Source: Eledone cirrhosa
Lineage: Eukaryota
Direction of reading: 5' to 3'
Length of the DNA stretch: 64,000 nucleotides
NCBI GenBank assembly: GCA_964016885.1
Contig: OZ024743.1
Location: 180,916,001-180,980,000 of the forward strand
The position numbers were made by a program, and so were the translations under genes. Below, one piece after another: positions 44,405 through 61,233 of the stretch. Numbering within the stretch: the first letter of the stretch is position 1; the number at the start of each line of letters is the position of its first letter. A model generated the notes under the pieces. The model worked only from the letters and a program-made list of their open reading frames with translations. It searched no databases and was not told the DNA's origin.

Positions 44405-45783
44405 TTTCTTCTGGTTTTATAATTTCATAAATTTTTTCCCAATAAAGAGAGAGTCGGTTTCTAACATAGACAGAAGATTCTCTCATTGGAATTTACACAA
44501 CATCAACTAGGTAGATTATGTATGTATGCATGTGTAGATATGGATGTTATTCTATGTGTGGATGTGGATGTTTTGAGTTGTATGTGTGCATGTGTATATG
44601 CTTTGCATCTGTACATGTGTATATGCAGTTATTAGATGCAACATTTTTGGAATGTTTTACATATTTTTACTGTTTACATATTTTTACTGTTCCATTAATG
44701 GATTGTACTTGTAATTTCCTAACTAGTTGTGTTTTTTCTGTTCCTGTGAAGCCTAGCTTCTCAAGATTTGTATTGAGGCAGTTACTAACATATCCCAGTG
44801 CCCCAATAACCACAGGCATAAATCTGAAGGTGTAATCAGGGTCGAGTATCTGCAGATTTCTCATAGATTTCTCATCAGTTCTGCATAAATATTCTCCTTG
44901 TCATTAATCTTTGATATTATATTGGCATCTGCTGGGAAGCTAATTTCTACTACTGTGCATGCTTTCTTCTCCCTGTCCCATATCATAATATCTGGTCTGT
45001 TATGCCTGCATTTTATTGGGGTTTTTACTGGAACATTCCACCAGTACTCTTTCATATTATGTACATGGATGTCTTCCACATTGCTGTAGCTTTTAATGTG
45101 TTTATTATCGGGGCTATCTTTTTTACGAACTGCATCGTACAGTGTTTTGGCCACTATATCATGCCTCATAGGTAGATAGTACCGCGATGACATCTTTGGA
45201 CAGCTGCTGATGACATGGGTGATATCCTCGATGTTAATTCTGCAGAGTCTGCACTTGTTATCACATCTAGGTGTTTTGCCTCCATCCCTATCTCTTTTGT
45301 GAATCAGGTATTTCGTGTTAATCTCCTGTTCTTGGATTTCAAAAGCGTATCCTTCAAAGTGGGAGCCAATATAGCGGCTGTTGGTCCAAGATAGACTACT
45401 TTCCTTATCTATATTACTCTCACTCTGGAGCTTCCTGGCAATATATCCATGCATGATTTTTTGCTGATAAGCATGCAGTTTTTCATCCATGGATTGACTG
45501 CGATACTGCTGAGCGACTTCCCTGGGTGTGAGTTTTTTGATTACCACACAGGGAATATCTCTCGAGAAGTTCCTTCCCAACTCTCATGATCTTATCTGTT
45601 TCATGCAGCTAGAGTTGCTCGAGAAATGGGCTCCTACGCTTCGAGGTTCGTAGATGTTGTCGGAGAGATATGATGCGACATTCAAATGTTGTCTGGACTG
45701 AAATTAGGCCTAACTTCAGTCACTGTTGAAGTAAAGGCGGTCTATGTCACTGTTGAAATAAAAGCGGTCTATGTCACTGTTGA
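44404..45783 (-). mobile_element. 5'-truncated divergent R4-like REL retrotransposon (family D)
   Basis: IQEQEINTK, CRLC..EDITHVISSC, MRHD, HNRPDIMIW, VVEISFP, MPVVIGALG. An 11-bp tandem duplication (AGATTTCTCAT) near 44855-44876 causes a frameshift. Flanked by (TATG)/(TGTA)-like tracts. Confidence 0.85.
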
Positions 45784-45912
45784 TTTATGTATGTATGCGT
45801 GTATGTATGTATTTATATATGTATATACGTATGTATGATGTACGTAGGTATGTATGTTTGTATGTATATATGTACGTATTTATGTATGGGTATATACATA
45901 TATATTTATATA

Positions 45913-45962
<50 letters not shown>

Positions 45963-45975
45963 TAAATATATATAT

Positions 45976-46032
45976 CTAAGGCGGGTAAAATTCCTGAGAT
46001 CCATGGACGAGTTCTCTCCAGCGGTCTCTATC
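45976..46032 (-). mobile_element. 57-bp 3' tip of the RTE element at 46584, in (TA)n
   Basis: Matches 46584-46640 with 2 mismatches. Confidence 0.9.
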
Positions 46033-46098
46033 AGCACTATCATCAGCACTATCATCAGCACTATCATCAGCACTATCATCAGCACTATCATCAGCACT

Positions 46099-46131
<33 letters not shown>

Positions 46132-46173
46132 GTCATCATCATCATCATCATCATCGTCATCATCATCATCATC
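46030..46173. repeat. (ATCAGCACTATC)6 followed by (ATC)n
   Basis: Direct reading. Confidence 0.95.
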
Positions 46174-46312
46174 CCCTGCTTCTTCGCATTTAAAAATGAT
46201 AATCTTTCTTTCTAGGTTTCACGCCGAAGTCTTTATTATTTTTATTTTCAGGTTAGTACAATGTTCTATGTTTGAATTAACTATATTTTCTTCTGTTCCT
46301 GTTAGTGCCAGC

Positions 46313-46382
<70 letters not shown>

Positions 46383-46461
46383 GCTGGCACTATATACATA
46401 TATGTGTGTGTGTGTGTCTATATATATATATGTGTGTGTATATATATATATATATATACAG

Positions 46462-46577
<116 letters not shown>

Positions 46578-46583
46578 ATATAT

Positions 46584-49500
46584 CTAAGGCGGGTAAAATT
46601 CCCGAGATCCATGGACGAGTTCTCTCCAGCGGTCTCTGTCCCTCATTATCGCTGCCATATCCTGCATCTCCAACAGACCAGTGTCTGTCCTTAGGGCATC
46701 AACATATGTTAACCTTGGTCTTCCTCTTCTAGTGTGTCCATGTAGGGGCTCCCAAAGGAGCACTGAGTGCAATGTCAACTCTGGATGTCGGTGAGCATGT
46801 CCAGCCAACCTCAGTCTCCTCTGTGTCACTTTTGAGCTGACTTTTGGGATGCTCCCATACAGCTCTGAGTTTTTCATCCTCAGTGTATACTGATTAATGT
46901 TCAGAGCCATCCTCAGCATTCTCGTGTAGCACCCATCCACCATCTGAGTGAGTCTCTTGGTCAGTGTCCAAGTCTCAGACCCATACAGCAGCACAGACTC
47001 CACTACAGCAATGAAGAGGCGGATTTTCAGGTCTCTACGAAGGTCCGACTTCCACACCGATCTCAAGCTGTGACACGCCGCCCAGGCCTTGCTCTTCCTC
47101 TCAACCACATCATCTTCCGTATTCCCAATCTTTGCTCCCAAATACAGGAAGTCCTCAACCAATTCCAGCGGCTTCCCGCCTACATTAGTGATCCCCTCTG
47201 GCTTCTCAACATTCTCTACCAGATATTTTGTTTTAGTCTCATTCATTCTCAGCCCCACACTCATCGACACAGTCTCAACCTCCCGCATCAAATCCTCTGC
47301 CTCCTTCACTGTATTTGTCACCAAAACTATGTCGTCGGCAAATTCAGCATCCGATACCTTTTTCGCCCCAACTCTCCTGCTCTGAGCCGGTGCTACAGTA
47401 AAGCCAGAGTCCTGGTGTTTCTCCAGTGCAAGGCGCATACAATAGTCCACTACGATGATAAAAAGGTAGGGAGTCAATGTATCTCCCTGGAGCACTCCAG
47501 CCAGTATCTCAAAGAACTCTGTCCTCCCATCAGGTGTAATGACTTGGGCTTTGGTGTTGGTGTAGAGCAGTGATATCAGGTCCACTATCCTCTTGGGGAT
47601 TCCATAAGCCTGTAAGATCTTCATCAGGCAGTAACGGTCCACAGAATCAAAGGCCTTCCTAAAGTCAATGAAAACCATGACCGCAGGAAGGCACTTTGCT
47701 CTAGCTCCCTCTAATATCCTCCTCAGCATCAGGATGTGACTGGTGGTTGATCTACCCTCTCTGAAGCCGTTCTGGTTGTCCCTGAGCTTCTTCTCCATCT
47801 CAGGCTGGATCCTGTTAAGAATCATCCTGTTGAGGGTCTTTGCCACAAGTGACGTCAGTGAGATCCCCCGGTAGTTGTTGGTGTTAGAGAGACCTCCCTT
47901 CTTTGGCACTGGGACGATGTTACTGATCCTCCACTGATTCGGGGCAACTCCTTTCACCAGTGCCCCGTTACAGAACCCCAGGATGATATCATCAAAATCA
48001 CACCTCTTCATCACCTCTGATGCCACTCCATCTTCTCCATGAGCCTTGCCCTCCTTGATCCTCTTCTTGGCTCTCTGAAGCTCCTCTCTGGTGAAGAGCT
48101 CTGTCTCAACATCCAGTTCCTCAAACAGCCGCCTGATCTCCCCAGTGCTCTGGGCTGTGGAGGGTGGCTCTCCTAGTAGGGTCCTAAAATGGTATAGCCA
48201 TTTCCTCTTCCTATCCTCGGGCCCCGTTCCCTGGATCTGACTCGAACACCTCTTCCTCCCTGTGATCTCGTTGATGATCATCCAGCTCTCCTTACATCCA
48301 GATCTTCTCTATCAGTGCCTCCTCTCTGACCTCAGTGTAAGCGGTACAGAGCTCTTCCCTCATCACCTCCACAGTCTCCATCCTCTCCTCCGTAGGATCA
48401 GCATAGAATTGGTTCCTGGCAGCTTTCAGGTGTTCTCTGGCTGCACACACTTTTGGGTTTGCAGAGCTGACGTGCTTCCCTTTGTTCTTTTTCCTCGGCA
48501 CCAAGGTTTCACTTGTTCCGCCACTGCATTGGTGAAGTGCCCTTACCTCTTCGTCACACTCTCCTCAGTCCATCTAATCTCTCTATCCTCTGACTCTCAA
48601 CACACAGCACTAAACCTGTTTCTCACTTCCACTGTGAACCTCTCCTGTAGCTTATCATCTTCCTTGAAAGCTCCCCAGTCATAGATTGTTCTCCGGGGCT
48701 GGGCCTTGCTCTTTCTTAAGCTCACGCGGACCTCACTCATAACAAGCCGGTGGTCACTACCCAGTGTACTGAAATAGCTGTATGGTTCCGTGTTCAGAAC
48801 ACTATTCCGCCACTTTTTCCTCACCAGAATGAAATCAATCTGGGACTTGGACAGGTGCATATCTGAGATGTAGGTCCACATCTTCCCCAGATTCTTCCTA
48901 AACCTTCGGTTGGTCGCCATCAAGTTCACCTCCAGCAGGATTTCTCTCAGTAGTCTTCCATTTCGGTTGGTGTTGTTATGGAAGTACCAGCAAAGATCTT
49001 CACTGCCCTCCTTACTCAGATGTGCATTGAAGTCCCCCAAAACAAGCAGGATATTGTGTGCCTGAGTAGTGTTGAGAGCTCTACACACCTCCTCATGGAA
49101 CTCTTCCGCATTCACATCACTGTCCCCCTCGGTTGGACTATAGGCTGAGATGACTGTCAGTCTTGGGTTTCCATTGAAGGTCACCCTAAACACTCGCGGG
49201 GAGATAGGCATTATTTCCCTCACCAACAGATTGGTTTTTGCACTGAACACAAAACCCACTCCTCCTACTGCAGCATTTGTTGTGTTCTTCACTGCCGATG
49301 TAGTGATGAGCTGGCTCTTCTTCCCGATCATCACACTCCTCACGGGCTCATCGTGTAGAATCCTGTGTTCTTGGATCGCAAGTATCTGTATACCACTCTC
49401 CTCGAACAGATGTCCCAACTCCTCTCTCTTCTCCAGCGTTCGAATAGTCCTCACATTCAAAATGCCCATTTTGATAGCTCTTCTGCAGGACAAAACTGCA

Positions 49501-49842
49501 TTCTTTATATTTGTCTCAGAGACAGCTGATCCATCATCCACTGGCCCTCTCTGTGGCTCTAAGCCAGCAGAGTCATAACGACCAGGCTGCTCATTGACAG
49601 TGTAATTAGTGGCTCAAACCCTAGTGCTGTTAGATCGACTCTCCATATTTCTTTTCAAATGGCTGACAATACCTTACCGGCGCCACTTGAATAAGGTAGT
49701 TATTTAACCGTAACAGGTACTACCACCCCGGGCCAGGGCAGACCTGGGAGTCATGACAACTAAGGGGTAACTCCACATTCCCCACATCTCCTGAACTCCC
49801 GAACTGGAGCCTTGCCACTGGATGTAGTTTAATGTCATACCC

Positions 49843-49848
<6 letters not shown>
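46584..49848 (-). mobile_element. Near-full-length RTE-clade LINE (single APE-RT ORF, disrupted at 48280-48600), flanked by (TA)n
   Basis: APE: GILNVRT, LAIQEHR, ISAYSPT, LGDFNAH, QIDFIL, GSDHRLV. RT: NYRGISL, QNGFREGRST, FIDFRKAFDSV, GVLQGDTL, FADD, LLYGSETW, RRGRP. The stop codon TAG is directly followed by (AT)n. Confidence 0.93.
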
Positions 49849-49884
<36 letters not shown>

Positions 49885-49894
49885 GTCATACCCA

Positions 49895-50031
<137 letters not shown>

Positions 50032-50284
50032 GGGTGGAGAATGAGAGGGAATTATAATTAAGTGTATTTCTATACATTTTAAGCAAGCCACGCTTAAGAA
50101 CTGTCGTATTCACTGAAATGATACTATAAATTAATCTATATATATATATATATATATATGCAAAAGTTTTATTTAAATTGTTGGGATACAACAAGCAAAT
50201 ATTTTTATAACTGATATAAAGCACTCAACAAATATTTGGAGTAAAAATACGATATTAACAAATGGAAACTATATTTATAAAACC

Positions 50285-50360
50285 ATATTTATTTTATTAT
50301 ACATATTTCAAGGACACCACGTTAAATTATGGTGTGCTTTCATCAGACAAAATATAATAT
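50285..50360 (-). ncRNA. Type I hammerhead ribozyme motif (family 1, left arm)
   Basis: Reverse complement of the motif at 50816-50891; intact CTGATGA and GAAA core. Confidence 0.8.
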
Positions 50361-50815
50361 AGATCAGTTTTATAAATAAATATTGACATACCCTTAAAAA
50401 ATGCAACCATTACTGTTGGAAGCTCCCGGATAGTGGAGTTGTTTACTTATATTACTATTAGTATTGGATATTTTAAAATAAGTCGTTGGGTTAGAGAGAA
50501 AGAAAGAGAGAGAGAAAAAGAAAGAAAGCTAACTCAACAAGATATAACTTAATGTTTTCGTTCTCTCCCCTTCTCTCTGTCCCCTCTCTATATTTTTCTC
50601 TCTCTGTTGTTTTGTTTTTCTCTCTCTTTTTTTTTGTTTTCTTTCTTTTCTCTTTCTTTTTCTCTCTCTCTTTTTTTCTCTCTAACCCAACGACTTATTT
50701 TTAAATATCCAATACTAATAATAATATAAGTAAACAACTCCACTATCCGGGAGCTTCCAACAGTAATGGTTGCATTTTTTAAGGGTATGTCAATATTTAT
50801 TTATAAAACTGATCT

Positions 50816-50891
50816 ATATTGTATTTTGTCTGATGAAAGCACACCATAATTTAACGTGGTGTCCTTGAAATATGTATAATAAAATAAATAT
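50816..50891 (+). ncRNA. Type I hammerhead ribozyme motif (family 1, right arm); predicted cleavage after AUA at 50878
   Basis: Stem I ATATTGTATTTTGT / ATAAAATAAATAT. CTGATGA at 50830-50836. Stem II AAG-C-ACACCAT..GTGGTGT-C-CTT. GAAA at 50867-50870. Short self-complementary stem III ATATGTAT, then H17=A. Confidence 0.82.
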
Positions 50892-51104
50892 GGTTTTATA
50901 AATATAGTTTCCATTTGTTAATATCGTATATATATATATGTCAATACCTAATAAATTCCTTTTTAAAAAAAAGCACTTTCATTTTATATTCACCTTTTCT
51001 ACATTTTCTCCGGAATATAATTTATACTCGTTGAGCAAACCTACACGTACGCTGTTCATCTCTAACGTGACGATATATTATCACTACATTATTGATAACC
51101 TGAA

Positions 51105-55010
<3,906 letters not shown>

Positions 55011-55210
55011 GATAGTTGTAGTTGAAGATGTATTCTCTCTTTAAAAATCAAAACATGAAAATAATGTTATAATCAAGAAAAGACTCCTATTCACTGATTA
55101 ATGCGAGATATCTGTTTACTTCCTCTTAACCCGCTAGAATTTACAGGCAAACACATCCTAAAATCTTGTGAAATGAAGGCGGCCATGCGTAATAACTTCC
55201 TGAATATATA

Positions 55211-55427
55211 CGAGGGGTTGCTGAAAGGTTCCTGGCTTTAAGAGTATCACAGAGTCCTGGTTAGAGGCTAATATTTCTGTGTTCTTTTTACATAGCATAG
55301 AACAACTGAAGGACCACTACAATAAGTGTGTGAATCTGAGAGGGGAATATGTTGAATATAATCATAATTAACTGATCCTTCTGTACTATCTTTCATCGAA
55401 GGCCAGCAATGTTTTAGCATCACCTCG
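55211..55427 (+). mobile_element. Mariner/Tc1-derived MITE
   Basis: TA|CGAGGGGTTGCTGAAAGGTTCCTGGC ... GCCAGCAATGTTTTAGCATCACCTCG form imperfect TIRs. Internal AAGTGTGTGAATCTGAGAGGGGAATATGTTGAA translates as KCVNLRGEYVE, a mariner transposase C-terminus. Confidence 0.75.
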
Positions 55428-55507
55428 TGTACTATGCATTAAAACATGGTGTGTTCAGAGCTGGGACGCTTATTGGCTTGGTTTGAACAGATTTGATGTT
55501 AAATAAT

Positions 55508-55729
55508 GCTTTATGATTGAGACACAATGCCAACAATTTCGGGGAAAAGCGAAAGTGGATTAAATCAACCTCGGTGCTTTAATGGTCCTTTATTTTATCG
55601 ACTCTGTAAGGATGACAGGCAAAGCGAACCTCGGCAGGATTTTCAACTCAAAACATAAAGAGCCGTAATTCTATGCCACGAAATGTGTTGTCCGGCGCTC
55701 TACCGATTACTGGCAATCCACTGTCTTAC
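55508..55729 (-). mobile_element. Older full-length copy of the tRNA-derived SINE, with a 15-bp TSD
   Basis: Diverged reverse complement of 62121-62310. TTGATGTTAAATAAT occurs at 55493-55507 and 55730-55744. Confidence 0.8.
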
Positions 55730-56304
55730 TTGATGTTAAATAATAACAACATAACAAACTGAAGAGATCTATCACCTTAGAAATGTCTGTATGATACATC
55801 ATCCATTCAGTCATATATTCTTATGTTCAATAACGTTTCTTGATCATATAACCATTTCATGCCTCAAGAATCATGACATCGTTTACATTATTATTATATT
55901 AAATATAACTTTTACTTCGTTATATATATTGTCCACAAATTTTCTGTTTTATTTTATTTTCCTCTGATTAAAAATAAATAGTACAGTAAAAAAAGAATTT
56001 TAAACAAAAATATATGAGAAACGTAACTAAACCAGTGAAGCGAAATGGCTATCAATTTCCCCCCATTAATCACGGAGCTACAATGTTACTTATTGATTCC
56101 AATATATCTCAATGGACATTGGTTTTAGTACTGATATTTGAGAATATTTTCAGTTACTGGGGTATTTTCTTTTCTTTAAAAAATATATGATTAAATCATG
56201 ACACGACAAAAATATTAGACTAAGAAACAATGTATGTAGGGGCTGCAACTGCATCATGACCTTTAGGGATTGGGAGCGTTTCACTAAACTGACACTGCAA
56301 GTGA

Positions 56305-56375
<71 letters not shown>

Positions 56376-56378
<3 letters not shown>

Positions 56379-56801
56379 GTATAGGATTATCCAAGATGTA
56401 GTAATGGTTAATTACTACACTGGATATGGTTGACGTACGGTAAGAGGTTACTCTACGAGTTATGGAAGAATTGTTGAAGAAATTTAGTTCCTGATCCTTC
56501 TGTATTCCGGAGTGTATATAAAGAATGAATAATAACAGGTAGACATCATAAAAAGGTAATTTATTCCGTGCGCTTACAAATGTTTCCACGGTGGTTATAC
56601 AGCCTAGTTATGCTATGTGCAAATTTACAAGTATTTGCAGAACTCAAATATCCAACAGTGGTCACAGCATTGGATATTTGAGTTCTGCAAATACTTGTAA
56701 ATTTGCACATAGCATAACTAGGCTGTAGTACCACCGTGGAAACATTTGTAAGCACACGGAATAAATTACCTTTTTATGATGTCTACCTGTTATTATTCAT
56801 T

Positions 56802-56810
<9 letters not shown>
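56376..56810. mobile_element. Fold-back element 3: about 140-bp inverted arms (56515-56655 and 56670-56810), 14-bp spacer and a left extension to (TA)n; carries the 3' half of a hammerhead
   Basis: Arms are near-perfect reverse complements. GAAA-CATTTG-TA-AGCA is present in the right arm and, with one change, in the left. Same family as 63725-64000. Confidence 0.8.
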
Positions 56811-56839
<29 letters not shown>

Positions 56840-56842
<3 letters not shown>

Positions 56843-57110
56843 AAAGTTCTATTTAAATTGTTGGGATACAACAAGCAAATATTTTTATAACTGATATAAA
56901 GCACTCAACAAATATTTGGAGTAAAAATACGATATTAACAAATGAAAACTATATTTATAAAACCATATTTATTTCATTATACATATTTCAAGGACACCAA
57001 GTTAAATTATAGTGTGCTTTCATCAGATAAAATATAATATAGATCAGTTTTATAAATAAATATTGACATACCCTTAAAAAATGCAACCATTGCTGTTGGA
57101 AGCTCCGGGA
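56840..57110 (-). mobile_element. Solo copy of hammerhead family 1 between (TA)n tracts
   Basis: Near-identical to 50160-50430. Confidence 0.88.
56965..57040 (-). ncRNA. Type I hammerhead ribozyme motif (family 1, third copy)
   Basis: Intact CTGATGA and GAAA; most substitutions in stems I and II keep pairing (G-U or A-U). Confidence 0.78.
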
Positions 57111-57154
57111 TATATATATATATATACACATATATATATATACTACTACTACTA

Positions 57155-57306
57155 ATAATAATTGTTTCTACTTTTTGCCACAAGGCCAGCAATTATTCCA
57201 GTGAATTACTGGTACTTTATTTTATCGACCCCGTAAGGATGAAAGGCAAAGTTAACCTCGGCGGGATTTGAACTCAGAATGGCAAGGACCGTAACTCTAT
57301 GCGTCA
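57155..57306 (-). mobile_element. 5'-truncated tRNA-derived SINE
   Basis: Reverse complement of about 63535-63680, including the B-box GAGTTCAAATCC. Confidence 0.85.
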
Positions 57307-57652
57307 AAAATAATACTAATACTCTGTGATTGTGTGCTTGTCTGTAATTTAATACAGCCAAAACGGCGCATAATGGGAAAATGCTTTGAAAGGAGGTTGT
57401 CCCTGAAATATAAATACAAATGGAGTAAAACAAGTTTCGCGTGAATCGGAGCACGCGTTCCCGAGATATGGGGTTTTTACGAGTGTCTTCTTAAATAGAG
57501 AGAGAGAGAGAGAGAAAAGAGATAGTGCTTGTAAGAGAGTAGATTAAAAGAGAAACATAAAGTGGGAGAGAAGGGAAGAGAGAAGGAAAATAAAAGAGCG
57601 AGAGAGTTGGTGGTGTTGTTGAAAGAAATTATAACAGGTGACTTCAAAGAAT

Positions 57653-57705
<53 letters not shown>

Positions 57706-57828
57706 CCTTCCAATTTGATTTTACATTATATTTCAATTTTTTATTATTTAAAAATTATTTTTAATTGAACATGATTTTTAAAAATATATTTTTATTAAAC
57801 GTGACCCAACGGATCACTGGTGGTCTAG
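57307..57828 (+). mobile_element. Possible non-autonomous Helitron-like element (3' end clear, 5' end uncertain)
   Basis: Hairpin GTGACCC-AAC-GGATCAC (57801-57817) followed by CTAG|T at 57825-57829; internal microsatellites. Confidence 0.45.
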
Positions 57829-57984
57829 TGTATATATATATATAGATATGCATGTGGTTGACGGCTGAGAGAAAAGAGTACTCAATACTGAAGTAAAGTT
57901 TTCTTAATCATTTATTTATTTATCAAGGTTAAATAGAGACTCTTGTTTCTTTGGAGTTACGCCTGTTTATTTATATATATTAAG

Positions 57985-58080
57985 AGAGTTGGATTCACAA
58001 TCTTGAGGTTACGAGTTCATCTCCTGGACCGAGCGATGTGTTATGTCCTTCAGCATGTCAGTTTATTTTACGTCGCTCCT
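57985..58080 (+). mobile_element. Degenerate tRNA-like SINE head of another family
   Basis: B-box-like GAGTTCATCTCC followed by TGTGTTATGTCCTTCAGCA, resembling a SINE central domain. Confidence 0.35.
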
Positions 58081-58726
58081 TCTGTCAGGAGGTACGACCG
58101 GTAAATAGTTTCAGCAATGGAAAAACCAATGGAAACTTTGTTTCTTAGTACCGATGTTTCTAGTTCCATCCCATTCGATAAGCGAATGAGGCCTAGGACC
58201 TTCAGATCAATAATATGATATAAGACAACTTAGAATATAACGGAATAAGTAAAGATAACTTCGACGTATGACTGATATCTTGGGATATCAATGACAAATA
58301 TAACATCTTAGGGTATTTATCTCGCTCTCATCTTGCGTTTTATTTAGTCACAATATTAGTGTGTTGTGTAACCCGCTAACCTTCTACGAGTTCATTAGCA
58401 ACTCAAATTAAATTAAATCGCATAAAGAGGGCAAACCATGTTCAAATCTCTGCTAAAGAATTGTTTTCTCTCACCTGATCACATTAACCACTATTAAATT
58501 CAATATTAAATACAACAACAAAAGACATTTTTTACAGAAATCTTAATGTTACTCGTACAAGAAACTATGTTTTGTTTCTTTATTTTCTGTGTTTTGTTTT
58601 GTTCTGTTAGTTTGGTTTTGTTTTTGGATCTTTTTTTCTATTCGAAATAATTAAATTTATTTTCATTCGAAAATATTTTGACGAGAAATCTGGTTTAAGC
58701 AATTTGTATTTTGTTAGGGGGAATAC

Positions 58727-58818
58727 CTTATTTTCTCTCCGTTTTTGTTCTTCCTTTCTTTCTTTGGCTATTTGTTTCCTTCGAAAAAATCGATCTATAT
58801 GAAACACATTATGCAATT
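58727..58818 (-). other. Candidate host exon (92 bp)
   Basis: CTAAT..TTTCTGTGTCCAG acceptor, open frame LHNVFHIDRFFRRKQIAKERKEEQKRRENK and AAG|GTATTC donor. No recognised homology. Confidence 0.25.
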
Positions 58819-59216
58819 CTGGACACAGAAATATTAGTTTAAGGAAGGTTATTTATAATTATGATATTTTTTAAAGGCAACGTTAAAGATCCACTGATTT
58901 TCAGAAACGTTGACTCGTATGAATGATCTTATTAAACTGATATAAAATAAAATAGAAAAGAAAATATTTATTTTCTATCTTCTCTGTGTTGTGTGTCTGC
59001 CCCTTTTCACTTTTACGAAGAATTCATATAATATTAACACAATATTTTTACTAAATTGACTTCTTATTAATGTTGTTATTGATATTTACTGATTCTATGA
59101 GTAGAAATATAATCAAACAATATATGATCTCTACTTCCTAGATGAGATATTATATTTTCAAATTCGGATGATCGGTTTCGGAATTCTAATGAAACTCATC
59201 ATCCTCTCTTTATGAG

Positions 59217-59686
59217 TAGGGCCGGATTTAATGGGAGAAAATGGGGTGATTGCCCCAGGCATCCCACAGTGGAGGGAGTCCCATAAGAAATGGCCGTATC
59301 AATTTATTTGGGCCCTCTTCTGAGCTGTTTAATGTTATCCCTTTGACAACATGAACTATATTTTCAACAAAAAGTATTTAATATCCTTACTGTGGAAAAA
59401 TTCATCAAATGTCTGATCGTAGATTGTGACAACCCGTCCAACCCATGTCAGTGTAGAAAGTGGACATAAAATGGGGATGATTAGAGTTTTTTTTATTTAA
59501 TGTCTGTATGTATATCTTTTTAATTCGAATTACTTGCGCTAAGACGACTTTGATATGTAAAATTGGGGGTTTGCTGTGTATTCTATTTTTTTTTTATGAG
59601 AGCAACCCACCACCCATCTCACACACACATGCACACAAAAAAAAGCTGAAGTGCTCCGGGTCTCCCAAGCTCTAAATCTCGCCCTG
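59217..59686. mobile_element. hAT-like MITE with an 8-bp TSD
   Basis: TIRs TAGGGCCGGATTTA ... TAAATCTCGCCCTG; flanks TTTATGAG (59209-59216) and TTCATGAG (59687-59694). Confidence 0.7.
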
Positions 59687-60134
59687 TTCATGAGTACTGC
59701 CTTTTTATGGCTCTGCGATCTCAGCTACAATCAATTGAAATACTATTAAAATGGTGCGTATTTCATCTCCCAGCAACAATGGTCGACACCGATATTCGGA
59801 ACTCCACTTTTCACTGAAGGATAACTCAGATAGTTTATACAGTAGCGATCCAGATTTTTCTAAGTGATGCTGAGCGTACATTCAGAGATGGGAACATAGA
59901 AAATGTTATAGCTGGGATTTTTTTTATATTTAGCTGATATAGTAAATTAATTAAGCAGATCGACTGATTATATTGAATGTTCGATTATCTATTCCACTTA
60001 TTCCATGTTTCGGCCTGTTTTTCAAAGTGTCTAGTTTACACCTAAACACCGTCTCTACATTATTCCGTTGGAAAAGACACTTTATCACCAAACAATCCAA
60101 TCCATTTAGTTAGAAATAAATTATTTTTATCGTA

Positions 60135-60315
60135 TAGTGCCAGGTCAGTCATGACTGTATATACCTAGGATCAAAAACATTTTTACCATGAACATCCCGT
60201 GTTTGGTTTTTAGTGTATCTAGCACTACATTATCCAATATGACATTCCAACATTCCTTGATTAAGGCGTCCATGTTTAACTAAAGTAGATATGGCCGCTG
60301 CTTCTAGGAAGTCGA
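60135..60315 (-). mobile_element. Old interspersed repeat, same family as 27200-27328
   Basis: Internal similarity by eye. Confidence 0.4.
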
Positions 60316-60953
60316 TGCGACAACGTTAAGTTTCCATAGTCGAGCTGCGTTATGTATAAGGTTTGTACTAAAGTAGAGCTTACCAGTTTAACATATCGAA
60401 TCACTGTCTTTACTGTACTCATTTAGAATGTTTCTTTTAATGCAATTAGATATATTGGTCTGAATAAAGTTGCTGATAATGTAATTTAATTTTTATTTAT
60501 ATCATGAAAACGAAATGTTACGTAAGGTTTTATACTAATCTTTTTTCATTTATAAATACTATATATTAAAAGTGCAAATAGGGAAAATACTCTGATTTGG
60601 TAAAAGATAATAGTTTCTAAAATTAGTACATGAATACAGAACCAAAGAGATGATAGAGTTGATTAAATTAACCTCATTACTTAATTTTTGTACTTACATT
60701 ATCGACTTCGTGAAGAAGGAAAGTCAAAATTGATGGGATTTTATTTAGATACTGACGACCCTCACTGCCCTATCTTCTAACTTCAGTTATATTGGTGTCA
60801 ATACTGTTCTAGTTTAGGCAGAGTCAATAACACTTGTGTAGACGTGGTTTGAAACTAGTATATCTGATTTGTGTGTGGTTATTTTAACATAGTGTTCTGA
60901 CATGAGTATTATTCCGTCTTTATTTGCCAAATATTTTCAAATTTTCTGAAGAA

Positions 60954-61170
60954 TCAGTTGAGTGTCGATGGAGAGTCATATAGTGTTAAATTGCGTTCCG
61001 TATTGTAATTGTGCAGGGATTGAATTTTTTCCTCTATTATCTGGGAGAAAAGATCCGATAAATTGAGTGCTAGGGATAATTTATTGGAATTTCCTTCCTC
61101 TTCCCCGTCCTCTTCCAAGAGGACCCGTTGAGTGTAGTTGTATGATAGAAATATTATATTATTCCAAAAT
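60954..61170 (-). other. Candidate host terminal exon
   Basis: TTTTTCTTTCAG acceptor at 61171, then about 71 open codons to TGA in AT-rich DNA. No recognised homology. Confidence 0.2.
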
Positions 61171-61233
61171 CTGAAAGAAAAAGTTGATTTCAATATTTGT
61201 ATTAAGATGGAAGCTTCAAATATGGTAGTGCAT

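Larger units (their letters stand above)
50160..50929. mobile_element. Fold-back element 1: about 280-bp inverted arms (50247-50525 and 50651-50929) with a 125-bp spacer; probable Penelope-like inverted terminal repeat
   Basis: Arms are reverse complements with about 4 mismatches. Each arm contains a hammerhead motif. Bounded by (TA)n on both sides. A third copy lies at 56840-57110. Confidence 0.8.
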
